A stretch of 64,000 nt of DNA, taken from the IMG/VR virus record IMGVR_UViG_3300034062_004993; one strand, 5' to 3'. The notes beneath the pieces are model-generated. The model was given only the letters and a program-made list of their open reading frames with translations, made no database searches and was not told the origin of the DNA. The translations under genes were made by a program, and so were the position numbers. Positions 29,943-38,324 of the stretch are shown here, in pieces. The number at the start of each line of letters is the position of its first letter. The stretch's first letter is position 1. This DNA is from an uncultured virus (IMG/VR IMGVR_UViG_3300034062_004993) (taxonomy: Duplodnaviria; Heunggongvirae; Uroviricota; Caudoviricetes).

Positions 29943-29990
29943 AATGTAACCCTTTATACTTTTAATATAAATATCCCATAAAAAACAAAA

Positions 29991-30012
29991 GGGGATGATT
30001 TTCATCATCCCC
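29991..30012 (-). terminator. Intrinsic terminator after the major capsid gene
   Basis: 9-bp stem GGGGATGAT/ATCATCCCC, GAAA loop, followed by TTTTGTTTTT on the minus strand. Confidence 0.9.
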
Positions 30013-30044
30013 CTTTGAAAACACTTTAACTATTATGTGATTGA

Positions 30045-31685
30045 TTAAGCACCACCAATAGTTTCCAATCCGTTCACATATACTTTACCATAGAACTCAC
30101 CTCTGACCATTTCTTTGGCGTAGCGAGTCATTACACCCTTACGAGGAGTAAAGTTTTTGTAATCGTACACAAGAGGCGTCATAATCAATGGAATGTATGG
30201 AGCGTAAACAGCACCAGTTTCCAAGAATTGTGTTCCTCTGTAACCCATCAAAATCAAGTTTTCTTGCATATATGGGTTCTTATAAACCTGATATCTTTGT
30301 GCGAAAGAACCTACTTTGGTCATACCAAATGCAAATTGTCTTTCATCACCAGTTCCATCAGCAGTGTATCCTGGAATTGATTCCAAAATAGTAGCAACAT
30401 CAGGAGAACATACTAAGAAGTTTGCACCACCACGCATTGTCTTAGCGTGAATTTGGTTAGAAACTCTCTGCAATACAGTTCCCAAAGTTGCGAACCAAGT
30501 ACCCTGAATGTAAGCTGCTACATTAGTAGTGTTCGCATTTGTGAATGTAGTTCCATTCCATTCCTGTCCGATTTTTGCAGACCAGTAACCTGTAGTCAAT
30601 GCGTTCTGAATCAACATGTCCAAAATCTCAAAATCAATCTCTTGTGATACATATTCAGATAACATTGAAGTTAATTCTGCTTCTGCATCAATAGAGTGAT
30701 ATGCGTTCAAGTCCTGCGCAAATTCAGGTGTCCATTGTGCTTTCAACTTACGAGTTTTAGCAACAATTGGAACTGAACGCATTTCGATGTTCAATTCTGG
30801 GATTTCCAAATCCGTTTCAGGATTTGCTGCCATTTGTGTTTTTGATACCTCAAAATCACCACGAGTTACATCAGTTGGTTGTTTTTGGTATCTGATAGTA
30901 GCCGCTGTGGCGCCTGTTGCACTTGTAACTTTACAAACGAAAGCAATTTGAGTATCGGTTGAGTTTACAGTTGTAAATTGTGGGTAAAATGTTTCAATGT
31001 TAGTACCACTAATTGTAAACGCACGAACACCTTCCAAATCAGGACGAGTAAACGAACCTGTACTGAATGTTAATTTTTGGAAAACACCACCAGCCGTTGA
31101 AGCAGACCATGCGGTATCATAGTTAAAATCAGCAGCTGAAATAGAAGCTGTTACCATAGCTGTGTCTGTAGGAGCCGCAGCTTTTGTAGAAATTGCTGAT
31201 GTAGCATCATCGTTGATAGTGTAACCAAAACGACCAGCGCCATACAAACCACCTGAGGCTTGGTTGGCTGTTTCGGTAATACCAAATACTGAGTCGGCTT
31301 GTGAATTTTTACCAGAACCGGTTGTAAAACCAGGCTGACCTGTTCCATACTTAAAATCTAAATAGAAAATAAGACCGGATGGGAGATTCATAGGTTGAAC
31401 TGAAACAAACTCTTTCGCAGCGATTTCAGAGAAAATACGGCGAACAAGCGGAAGGGCTACGCCATTCCACTCTTCAGAGTTGTTGAACATTGATGTGGCA
31501 GAAGCTTCAGTTACTAACTGCTTTGCCTGATTTTCCAAAAGTTGAGCCATGTTGTTGATTTCGGTCTCATTGGTAATTTCATCTAAAAGACCGGTTTTTT
31601 TCCACTTGGCTACTAAACCTTTGGCTTCTTTACGAAGAACTCTTTCGAATCCTGCGCTTTCTTTTAAAATGCTATTTATATTCAT
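30045..31685 (-). CDS. Major capsid protein (T4 gp23-like)
   Basis: LPLVRR, VSVQPMNLPSGLIF, AKTRKLKAQWTPEFAQDL, YAPYIPL, GVMTRYA. Confidence 0.98.
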   Translation of the reverse strand: MNINSILKESAGFERVLRKEAKGLVAKWKKTGLLDEITNETEINNMAQLLENQAKQLVTEASATSMFNNSEEWNGVALPLVRRIFSEIAAKEFVSVQPMNLPSGLIFYLDFKYGTGQPGFTTGSGKNSQADSVFGITETANQASGGLYGAGRFGYTINDDATSAISTKAAAPTDTAMVTASISAADFNYDTAWSASTAGGVFQKLTFSTGSFTRPDLEGVRAFTISGTNIETFYPQFTTVNSTDTQIAFVCKVTSATGATAATIRYQKQPTDVTRGDFEVSKTQMAANPETDLEIPELNIEMRSVPIVAKTRKLKAQWTPEFAQDLNAYHSIDAEAELTSMLSEYVSQEIDFEILDMLIQNALTTGYWSAKIGQEWNGTTFTNANTTNVAAYIQGTWFATLGTVLQRVSNQIHAKTMRGGANFLVCSPDVATILESIPGYTADGTGDERQFAFGMTKVGSFAQRYQVYKNPYMQENLILMGYRGTQFLETGAVYAPYIPLIMTPLVYDYKNFTPRKGVMTRYAKEMVRGEFYGKVYVNGLETIGGA

Positions 31686-31716
31686 TTTTATATCCTTTGT
31701 TTAATAGTTTATACAA

Positions 31717-32808
31717 TTATTTTTTGATGTTAGCAAGCTTTTGGAATCTTGTAGCCAACGAAGAACCTTCGGTTATGATACCAGCAGGTTTTGTTCCTTT
31801 GGTTGGTTTAGATGCAAATGATTCTCTAACAAATCTTTTTTGTGATTTTTTAGCAACATTAAGGTTTTCACCCAATGTAGCAAACACTAATTTTACTTCT
31901 CTCAAAGATGAAGCACGGTCAAAGTTTTCTACAACTTTAACTTTTTGCTTTTCATTCAAATCAAAGTTTCTGAAAAGTTTGTTTGTGTAAAGTAGTTTTG
32001 CATTCAAAAGGTTTACTTCGTTAATGGTGTTCTTTAACGATTTAATTACTTTATATGCTTCTTCCAAATCACTCTTCATTTCTTCAGCCTCTTCTTCAGT
32101 CATTCCACCCTCTTCTTCATCTGCTGGCTCTTCACCATTCATTTCTCTAAGGGCCCTAATAACTTCATTCAAATCAACTTCTTCATCGCCACCTTCTTCT
32201 TCAAAGAACTCACCAGTTCCTTGTTCATCTTCGGTTTCAGAATCGTAGTTAGCAACTTTATTATCACCTGCGCCAATTTCAGATGACTCTAATTCTTGTA
32301 ATCTTTTTGATACTCTTTCACGAATTTTTTTCAATTCTGTGATTTCTGGGTTTTCTTCTTCAGCGGGCTCTCCTCCCATTTCACCTTCTAATTCTCTGAT
32401 AATTGATTCTAAGTCTAAATCACCCATTTCATCATCATCATCTTCTTCAGCAGGTTCTTTGGTTTCAAATTCACCACCCATTTCATCTTCTTCTTCAACA
32501 GGCTCGTCGGTTTCAAATTCACCACCCATTTCATCTTCTTCTTCAACAGGCTCGTCGGTTTGAAATTCACCACCCATTTCATCTTCTTCACCCATATACT
32601 CATCGGTTGTTGCAAACTCTTCTTCTTCCCCCATTGGAACTTCTTCATCTTCTAACTCTTCAGCAATTTTGTGAGACAACATTGATTGGAGTCTTGGAGT
32701 GAATGCTTCCTCAAGGGCGATTTTTGCATTTGCTAATGCTGTTTCTTTAACGGCTTTAGCATCGGCGATTGCTTCTTTAAGCAAATCTTTATTGCCTTTA
32801 TTTTTCAT
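31717..32808 (-). CDS. Prohead scaffold / core protein (gp22-like role)
   Basis: Very acidic, coiled-coil, directly upstream of the MCP; ends RFQKLANIKK. Confidence 0.8.
   Translation of the reverse strand: MKNKGNKDLLKEAIADAKAVKETALANAKIALEEAFTPRLQSMLSHKIAEELEDEEVPMGEEEEFATTDEYMGEEDEMGGEFQTDEPVEEEDEMGGEFETDEPVEEEDEMGGEFETKEPAEEDDDDEMGDLDLESIIRELEGEMGGEPAEEENPEITELKKIRERVSKRLQELESSEIGAGDNKVANYDSETEDEQGTGEFFEEEGGDEEVDLNEVIRALREMNGEEPADEEEGGMTEEEAEEMKSDLEEAYKVIKSLKNTINEVNLLNAKLLYTNKLFRNFDLNEKQKVKVVENFDRASSLREVKLVFATLGENLNVAKKSQKRFVRESFASKPTKGTKPAGIITEGSSLATRFQKLANIKK
32461..32589. repeat. 48-bp tandem repeat (about 2.7 copies) encoding EEEDEMGGEFETDEPV
   Basis: Units start at 32461, 32509 and 32557 and are near-identical. 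Confidence 0.9.
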
Positions 32809-32942
32809 TTAATCTCCTAAATTTTTTTGGAAAAGTAAGATTATTATAAATCTTAATAATTGTTATAATAATTTTAGTTCCACAATAGTGTGTTGGAACA
32901 TTAATTTGATAATAAATAGAGGAGTTTTTTAAAAACGATATT

Positions 32943-33200
32943 TTATTCTGCTTTACTTTTCAGATATTGTTTTCTAATGGCCAATTCCATTTTTTTTCTT
33001 TTTTCTATTGATTTTGGTACGAATTCAGTTCTTTCTTTCAAAACATCCATCATTCCGCTATCTTTAACCATTTTTTTGAAAAGTCTTAATGCTGCTTCAA
33101 CATTATTGTCTACCACTTTAACTGCCATTCCCCTACCAGGAACATACATTAACTCTCTTCTAATTTTTTTCTTTTTTGGTCTTTCTTCGTTTTCGTTCAT
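32943..33200 (-). CDS. rpsU: Phage-encoded ribosomal protein bS21
   Basis: VKVVDNNVEAALRLFKKMVKDSG...LKERTEFVPKSIEKRKK matches the bS21 pattern. Confidence 0.9.
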   Translation of the reverse strand: MNENEERPKKKKIRRELMYVPGRGMAVKVVDNNVEAALRLFKKMVKDSGMMDVLKERTEFVPKSIEKRKKMELAIRKQYLKSKAE

Positions 33201-33215
33201 AACTTTTTTTTAAAA

Positions 33216-33536
33216 TTAAACTATTTGTAAATTGTATATTGATTCAGTAACCAAACCATTTTTAGTTCTGATTAATGCTTTTTCTTTTTTTATTTCTACC
33301 ACAACCCCACCATACTCCTTATCAAGTATCATAACAGGAGAACCAACTTCAATTAAGTTTGCATCTTCTATTATTGTATTTTCCGATATATCATCTAATA
33401 CAACCTTAAAAGCACGAATTGCTTTTGAAATACCTGTTTTTTGTTTTTTGGGTAATTTATTAATATCCTTTAAATTATCTTTTATAAAATCAGAAAATTT
33501 AAGTGATAAGTTTTGTATAATGTCTATTGCTGGCAT
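33216..33536 (-). CDS. Hypothetical protein with C-terminal KOW/SH3-like segment
   Basis: IEVGSPVMIL...GVVVEI. Confidence 0.6.
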   Translation of the reverse strand: MPAIDIIQNLSLKFSDFIKDNLKDINKLPKKQKTGISKAIRAFKVVLDDISENTIIEDANLIEVGSPVMILDKEYGGVVVEIKKEKALIRTKNGLVTESIYNLQIV

Positions 33537-33550
33537 GAGTTGTTACCTTT

Positions 33551-35317
33551 TTATTTTTTATGTGATTTAAATCCCTGTCCCTTCATCCACCAAGCCAATG
33601 CCCAAGGATTATCAATACCCGGTTCATCTTTCATCGCTTTTACTGTTTTTTTCCATCCTTCGGGTGCAACTTCGTTGGTTACTTGTTTATTTTCCACAAA
33701 TGGTTTAAAAGCCGAAATAACTTTATCTGCTGTCATTTTATCAAATTTGCTTTGCATTGCAACATCACCAACTTTGTATAATTTCAACAACTTTTCTGCT
33801 GTTTTCTTATCAACTTTTGTAGAACCAACGCGGGAAGTAGAACCATCTACTACACTCTTTAACAAGTCAGATAATTTTACATTTGCTTCATTTACTTTTT
33901 TTTTTAAAATAAGATTTGATAGTTTCATTTCACCAACAAAATCTTTTGCATTTTCTTTATCTTGCGGGTCTACATCGGTTACTTTATAAGTCTTACCACC
34001 AACAGTGAAAGTATCCTCACCTGCTGCAATTGCTCTTGCTCTTTCAGCACCAAATTCATTACCTTCATCCATTACGATTTCTGCATCACTCAATTTTCCT
34101 TTAACAAGACCACTTACAGTTTTAATTACAACTTCGTTACCTTTAACAGAATAAACCATTCCTGTCTTATTTTGTGATTTAAGATGGACGGTATCTCCAA
34201 ACTTTGGTTTTTTTACTTCCTTCACTAAATTTTGAAATTTCATCAATACAATTGCGTAATTACCCACTTTTCTTTCTGCACCAGCTGCGTATTTTTTATT
34301 TACAATTGCAATAGTGTTCCCAGATACTTTAATTATATACATTGGTATCATTTCAGTTGAGAAATCATATTTAATTCCTGCTTTTTTCAATTCAGAACCA
34401 ACGTTCATAAATGATGATGCGTTTTTAACTGCCGCTTCAATTTTATCTAAATCAGCATCGTATTTACCTTCGTTTACTGATTCTTTAATAACATTCTCCA
34501 TTAATCCAATTGCAATATCTTTAACTTCTCTTTCTGCACCAGCTGCATATTTTTTATTTACAATTGCAATAGTGTTTCCAGATACTTTAATTCTATACAT
34601 TGGTATCATTGAAGTTGAGAAATCATACTTTACACCAATTTTCTTTAATTCAGAACCAACGTTCATAAATGATGATGCGTTTTTAACTGCTGCTTCAATT
34701 TTATCTAAATCAGCATCATACTTACCTTCATTGATTGATTTTTTGTTTATTAATTGACTTAATTTCATGTTTTCTCCTACAAAATCTTTTGCATTTTCTT
34801 TATCTTCGGAATCTACATCCGTTACTTTAAATGTTTTATCACCAACTTGGAATGTATCTTCACCTGCTGCAATTGCTCTTGCTCTTTCAGCACCAAATTC
34901 ATTACCTTCTTTTATTTCGTAATATTTACCCAATATCTCACCAATTTCATCATAAGACGATTCCAACCTTTGCTGGAGAGTTGATACTTCTTTGATAGTG
35001 TTTGTAAAAATCTTAAAAGATTCGTTCATAGATTTCATATGACGAGAAACAGTTACCTTATCAAACCAATCACCAGTTTCTTGTAAAGTTAATTTATGAG
35101 CGGTTTCAACAATCTTTTTAATGTTTTGGTATGCTTCCATCAAATTACCATTATGGTAAATTGCCTCACCAATTTTTCGGTATGAAGCAACTGCCTCAAC
35201 AAAAGCCCTTTTTTCTTCATTGGTCATTTTTGTATCATCCAAATCTTCCTCACCAATGTTTAATCTACGATAATCCATATGCTGTGATTCTTTTAATAAG
35301 TTAAATAGTTTTTTCAT
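33551..35317 (-). CDS. Modular putative head-packaged polyprotein with internal duplications
   Basis: Two copies of an 86-aa module, two copies of the EGNEFGAERARAIAAGEDTF module, xNE linkers. Confidence 0.8.
   Translation of the reverse strand: MKKLFNLLKESQHMDYRRLNIGEEDLDDTKMTNEEKRAFVEAVASYRKIGEAIYHNGNLMEAYQNIKKIVETAHKLTLQETGDWFDKVTVSRHMKSMNESFKIFTNTIKEVSTLQQRLESSYDEIGEILGKYYEIKEGNEFGAERARAIAAGEDTFQVGDKTFKVTDVDSEDKENAKDFVGENMKLSQLINKKSINEGKYDADLDKIEAAVKNASSFMNVGSELKKIGVKYDFSTSMIPMYRIKVSGNTIAIVNKKYAAGAEREVKDIAIGLMENVIKESVNEGKYDADLDKIEAAVKNASSFMNVGSELKKAGIKYDFSTEMIPMYIIKVSGNTIAIVNKKYAAGAERKVGNYAIVLMKFQNLVKEVKKPKFGDTVHLKSQNKTGMVYSVKGNEVVIKTVSGLVKGKLSDAEIVMDEGNEFGAERARAIAAGEDTFTVGGKTYKVTDVDPQDKENAKDFVGEMKLSNLILKKKVNEANVKLSDLLKSVVDGSTSRVGSTKVDKKTAEKLLKLYKVGDVAMQSKFDKMTADKVISAFKPFVENKQVTNEVAPEGWKKTVKAMKDEPGIDNPWALAWWMKGQGFKSHKK
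34243..34730. repeat. 258-bp tandem duplication inside the 588-aa gene
   Basis: For example gtttttaactgc at 34421 and 34679; near-identical protein modules. Confidence 0.9.
34468..34486. repeat. Dispersed 19-nt word cttcgtttactgattcttt (encodes KESVNE on the minus strand), copy 1
   Basis: Identical copy at 35781-35799; one-mismatch copy at 45074-45092. Confidence 0.9.
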
Positions 35318-35331
35318 TTCATTTCCTTTTT

Positions 35332-36276
35332 TCAGTAAGAACCTGGTCTATTACCTTTTTTCATAGAAGTTGCCCAAATACCAATCATCTTTTTAATATC
35401 GGCGGGAATTTCTTTATCATAAATAGTTAGTTTACCATCTTTTCCTATATGGGCTATCGTTTCATAATCACCATCTTTTTCTTCTGCCCTATTCCAAATA
35501 GTTAAACCATTACCCAAATATCCAGACCCAATATCGTATTTTTTAGCTTCGTTTAGTAATTTTTCCGAATATACAGTCATACCGGTGTTGTCCTCAATTG
35601 TAAATATATAACCCGGTATATTTGTAACCTTTTTCATATGTTCAAACTTTGCAGGAATTTCATTTTTTGTTTTTACCTGTGTTTGATAATACACTTTTTT
35701 ATTAAACGATACTACAATAGTCCAAGGACCTGTTTGAGAACCCTTTTTAATACCGGCCATCATTTTTGCTGAATTAGTAGCTTCGTTTACTGATTCTTTG
35801 ATATATTTCATAGAAGAGTTTGAACCATCGGTAAAGAATACATTATCACCATCAATCATTTTTACTTTTCTTTTGAATGGGCCTTTTTTACCTAAAGCTG
35901 CTTCCCAATGTGGATTATCAACAACTTTAACCATTTGACCAACTTTGATTTCTTTTTTTACTGATTCTTGAAGCTTTTTAATTAGCTTATTTTGAATTGG
36001 ATTATTCGGTTTTCCAGACACCGCAGTCACAAAATCCATTCTGTCTGAAAGTTTTCCCTTCTTAACAAATTGGAAAACTTTTTCGATATCCAAATTGTGA
36101 GTATCAACAAACTTTTGAACTGCATCTTTATTTAAACCGGTAAGTCCACCAATTTCCATTGCGGTTCTCGAAGCGGACTCTAATTTTAAGCTTTTTTGTG
36201 TGTTTTGAACTGCCACCAAATTCATTTCTTTTTTTGCAATCTCTCTAATCATTTTTTTGAGTTGTTCTAATTTCAT
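35332..36276 (-). CDS. Modular putative head-packaged protein
   Basis: Likely start MKLEQLKKMIRE (ATG 36276); modules separated by LKLE, QESVKKE, KESVNE and LLNE. Confidence 0.75.
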   Translation of the reverse strand: MKLEQLKKMIREIAKKEMNLVAVQNTQKSLKLESASRTAMEIGGLTGLNKDAVQKFVDTHNLDIEKVFQFVKKGKLSDRMDFVTAVSGKPNNPIQNKLIKKLQESVKKEIKVGQMVKVVDNPHWEAALGKKGPFKRKVKMIDGDNVFFTDGSNSSMKYIKESVNEATNSAKMMAGIKKGSQTGPWTIVVSFNKKVYYQTQVKTKNEIPAKFEHMKKVTNIPGYIFTIEDNTGMTVYSEKLLNEAKKYDIGSGYLGNGLTIWNRAEEKDGDYETIAHIGKDGKLTIYDKEIPADIKKMIGIWATSMKKGNRPGSY

Positions 36277-36911
36277 TTTGTTTCCCAATTTTTAGGACAT
36301 TCGCAATATCCACCAATTTCACAAATAATATCTCGCATTATACTATTAGCAGTTTCATATTTATTCACTTTTGAACCCCTACTAACACCCTCATTAACGG
36401 GTTTCATAAAAGCCCCATGAGTAGATGGGTTACTTACAAAATCCCAACAAATTAAATCAAAATCGTTTTCTACAGCAACAGTACCATCTTCTCTAATTTG
36501 ACGAACTGAACCCATACCCCGTGAAGATATTCCTACCGTACAACCTGCTTCTATCAATTCTTTAAGTATTCTGCCCGATGGGGTATTTAGTATTTCTACT
36601 TTACCAACAACATCTTTACCATTCCACCATACATCTCTAATAATATGTGAAGTATTTTTTAATTCCACAACCGATGATTCTGGGTGGTCTAACTCACCAT
36701 ATGCACGATTTTCTGTTATCTCTCTACCCTTATATTTATCAACCTCACGCTTCAAAATATTTTCGGGATATATTCTACCATTTTGGTTTTTTTCATTTGC
36801 CCTTTGAAGAACACCAGTTACAATTAATCTACCATTACCATTCATAGCAGCTTCTTTAAGCTGTTGTGGTTTTACATCAAATACAATAGTATCAATTAAT
36901 AGTTGTTTCAT
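36273..36911 (-). CDS. Prohead core protease (T4 gp21-like)
   Basis: NQNGRIYP, GELDHP, GISSRGMGS, DFVSNPS; ATG at 36911. Confidence 0.97.
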   Translation of the reverse strand: MKQLLIDTIVFDVKPQQLKEAAMNGNGRLIVTGVLQRANEKNQNGRIYPENILKREVDKYKGREITENRAYGELDHPESSVVELKNTSHIIRDVWWNGKDVVGKVEILNTPSGRILKELIEAGCTVGISSRGMGSVRQIREDGTVAVENDFDLICWDFVSNPSTHGAFMKPVNEGVSRGSKVNKYETANSIMRDIICEIGGYCECPKNWETK

Positions 36912-36912
36912 A

Positions 36913-37440
36913 TCAGGCACCCAATTGTCTTATTTTACTTGAAATTCGGTTTAATCGCTCTGATATTTTAGAAAAATTGTTTCTTGTTTTTTTCCAATAA
37001 GCACCAGATGAAATACCCATTTCTGTCTTTAGTTTTATATTTTGATTCACTAAGTGTTCAACCTCATATATCTTTCTATTAATTTCTTTAATAGCCTTAT
37101 TAATTTTATATTGTGGGGAACCTGTTTCATCTTTTCGGTATTGACGATAGTTCATTTCATTGATGACATCCTCAATCTTTTTTTCCCAATTTTCTAAAAA
37201 ATTTCTTTTTACATTTTTTACTTTTTTATACCCCAACACCTCAATATGGTCATTATCCATATCTCCTTTACTTTTCGCAAAAGCATGTGGAGTTCGTGGT
37301 GGACCAGCACCGCCATCCAAATTACCGGTAACATTTTGTTCACCCAAATCCTCATCATCCTTTTCATCGGGATTGACGATTTCCTCTTCTTCTAATTGCT
37401 TAAATTTTTTATCAAGCTCTTCAATTAAAAACCTACTCAT
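36913..37440 (-). CDS. Hypothetical head-module protein
   Basis: Between portal and protease; NVTGNLDGGAGPPRTPHAF motif plus coiled coil. Confidence 0.7.
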   Translation of the reverse strand: MSRFLIEELDKKFKQLEEEEIVNPDEKDDEDLGEQNVTGNLDGGAGPPRTPHAFAKSKGDMDNDHIEVLGYKKVKNVKRNFLENWEKKIEDVINEMNYRQYRKDETGSPQYKINKAIKEINRKIYEVEHLVNQNIKLKTEMGISSGAYWKKTRNNFSKISERLNRISSKIRQLGA

Positions 37441-38279
37441 TATTGAACACCCTTTAATTCGTTTAACAATTGATAGTATCTTAAAAGTCCAAGTGCTTGA
37501 ACCTCCGATACGATTTTTGCGTTGGATAAATTATCAATCAACCCAATAACCTCTTTTAACTTAATGGAAGAAACTTTATCAGTAATTTTAAACTTTGAGA
37601 ATTCATTTTTAAGTTTTTTACTTTCCCTTAAAATAAATCTTTTTAAATTGCCTGAATTATCAATATTGTTAATATAATTTCTAAGAACCAATTTTTGTTC
37701 GCTGGTTAGTTCTTTATACTTATCATTAAATTTATCAACTAAAAACTTATAAGCCAATAACCTAACATCTTTTGATTCTTTACTATACAAATCAGTATTT
37801 TCTTCTTTTATAGGTTTTTTTGTTTTTGTTATATTTTCTAAAATTTGATTTTTACATTCAACCCATTCTTTTGGATATGTATTTTCTTGATTCTCAAATA
37901 GTTTATATATAGTGGCAAGTGATTTATAGTTATTTACCCTATACTTAAAAAAATCTTTAGCATCAAACTTTTCATTTATTGATTTAATAAGATTATATTT
38001 TTCTTTTTTTAAATTGGTTTCATTTAATTTTTTTCTTTCAACCAAAATAATATTAAGAAACTCACTTGCTTTGTATGTATTATCAAAATTTTCTTTGACA
38101 AGATATTGATACATTTTAAGTTCTTTACTTAATTCACTACCCTGCTTAAAATGCTTTTTAATTATAGATAATCCTATTGAATTTTTTTCATTCAAAGTAT
38201 CAGATGCAATCTGCCTAACAAGAAGTTCAAATAAAACCCCAGTGTTTTTAAATTTAGAATGCTTTAATTTAGTGTTCAT
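37440..38279 (-). CDS. Hypothetical head-module protein
   Basis: KHSKFKNTGVLFELLVRQI start; helical; directly downstream of portal. Confidence 0.75.
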   Translation of the reverse strand: MNTKLKHSKFKNTGVLFELLVRQIASDTLNEKNSIGLSIIKKHFKQGSELSKELKMYQYLVKENFDNTYKASEFLNIILVERKKLNETNLKKEKYNLIKSINEKFDAKDFFKYRVNNYKSLATIYKLFENQENTYPKEWVECKNQILENITKTKKPIKEENTDLYSKESKDVRLLAYKFLVDKFNDKYKELTSEQKLVLRNYINNIDNSGNLKRFILRESKKLKNEFSKFKITDKVSSIKLKEVIGLIDNLSNAKIVSEVQALGLLRYYQLLNELKGVQ

Positions 38280-38324
38280 TTATAATTATCCTATCTTATC
38301 AATAAATAAATATACAAAATTTAA

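Noticed and set aside
29943..30008. N-terminal extension of PhoH in the ORF track
   Set aside because: Overlaps the capsid terminator and the TATTTAT box; the real start is probably 29942
32461..32589. CRISPR-like array
   Set aside because: Repeats are contiguous, in frame and coding, with no unique spacers; the same applies to 20868-21056 and 49913-50019
31151..32648. Alternate-frame minus-strand ORFs 31151..31348 and 32415..32648 (also 14168..14359, 38519..38755, 41025..41261, 57614..57799)
   Set aside because: Nested out of frame within well-supported genes, with no independent signals
32836..32860. Small AT-only hairpin in the scaffold leader
   Set aside because: Weak and expected by chance in AT-rich sequence
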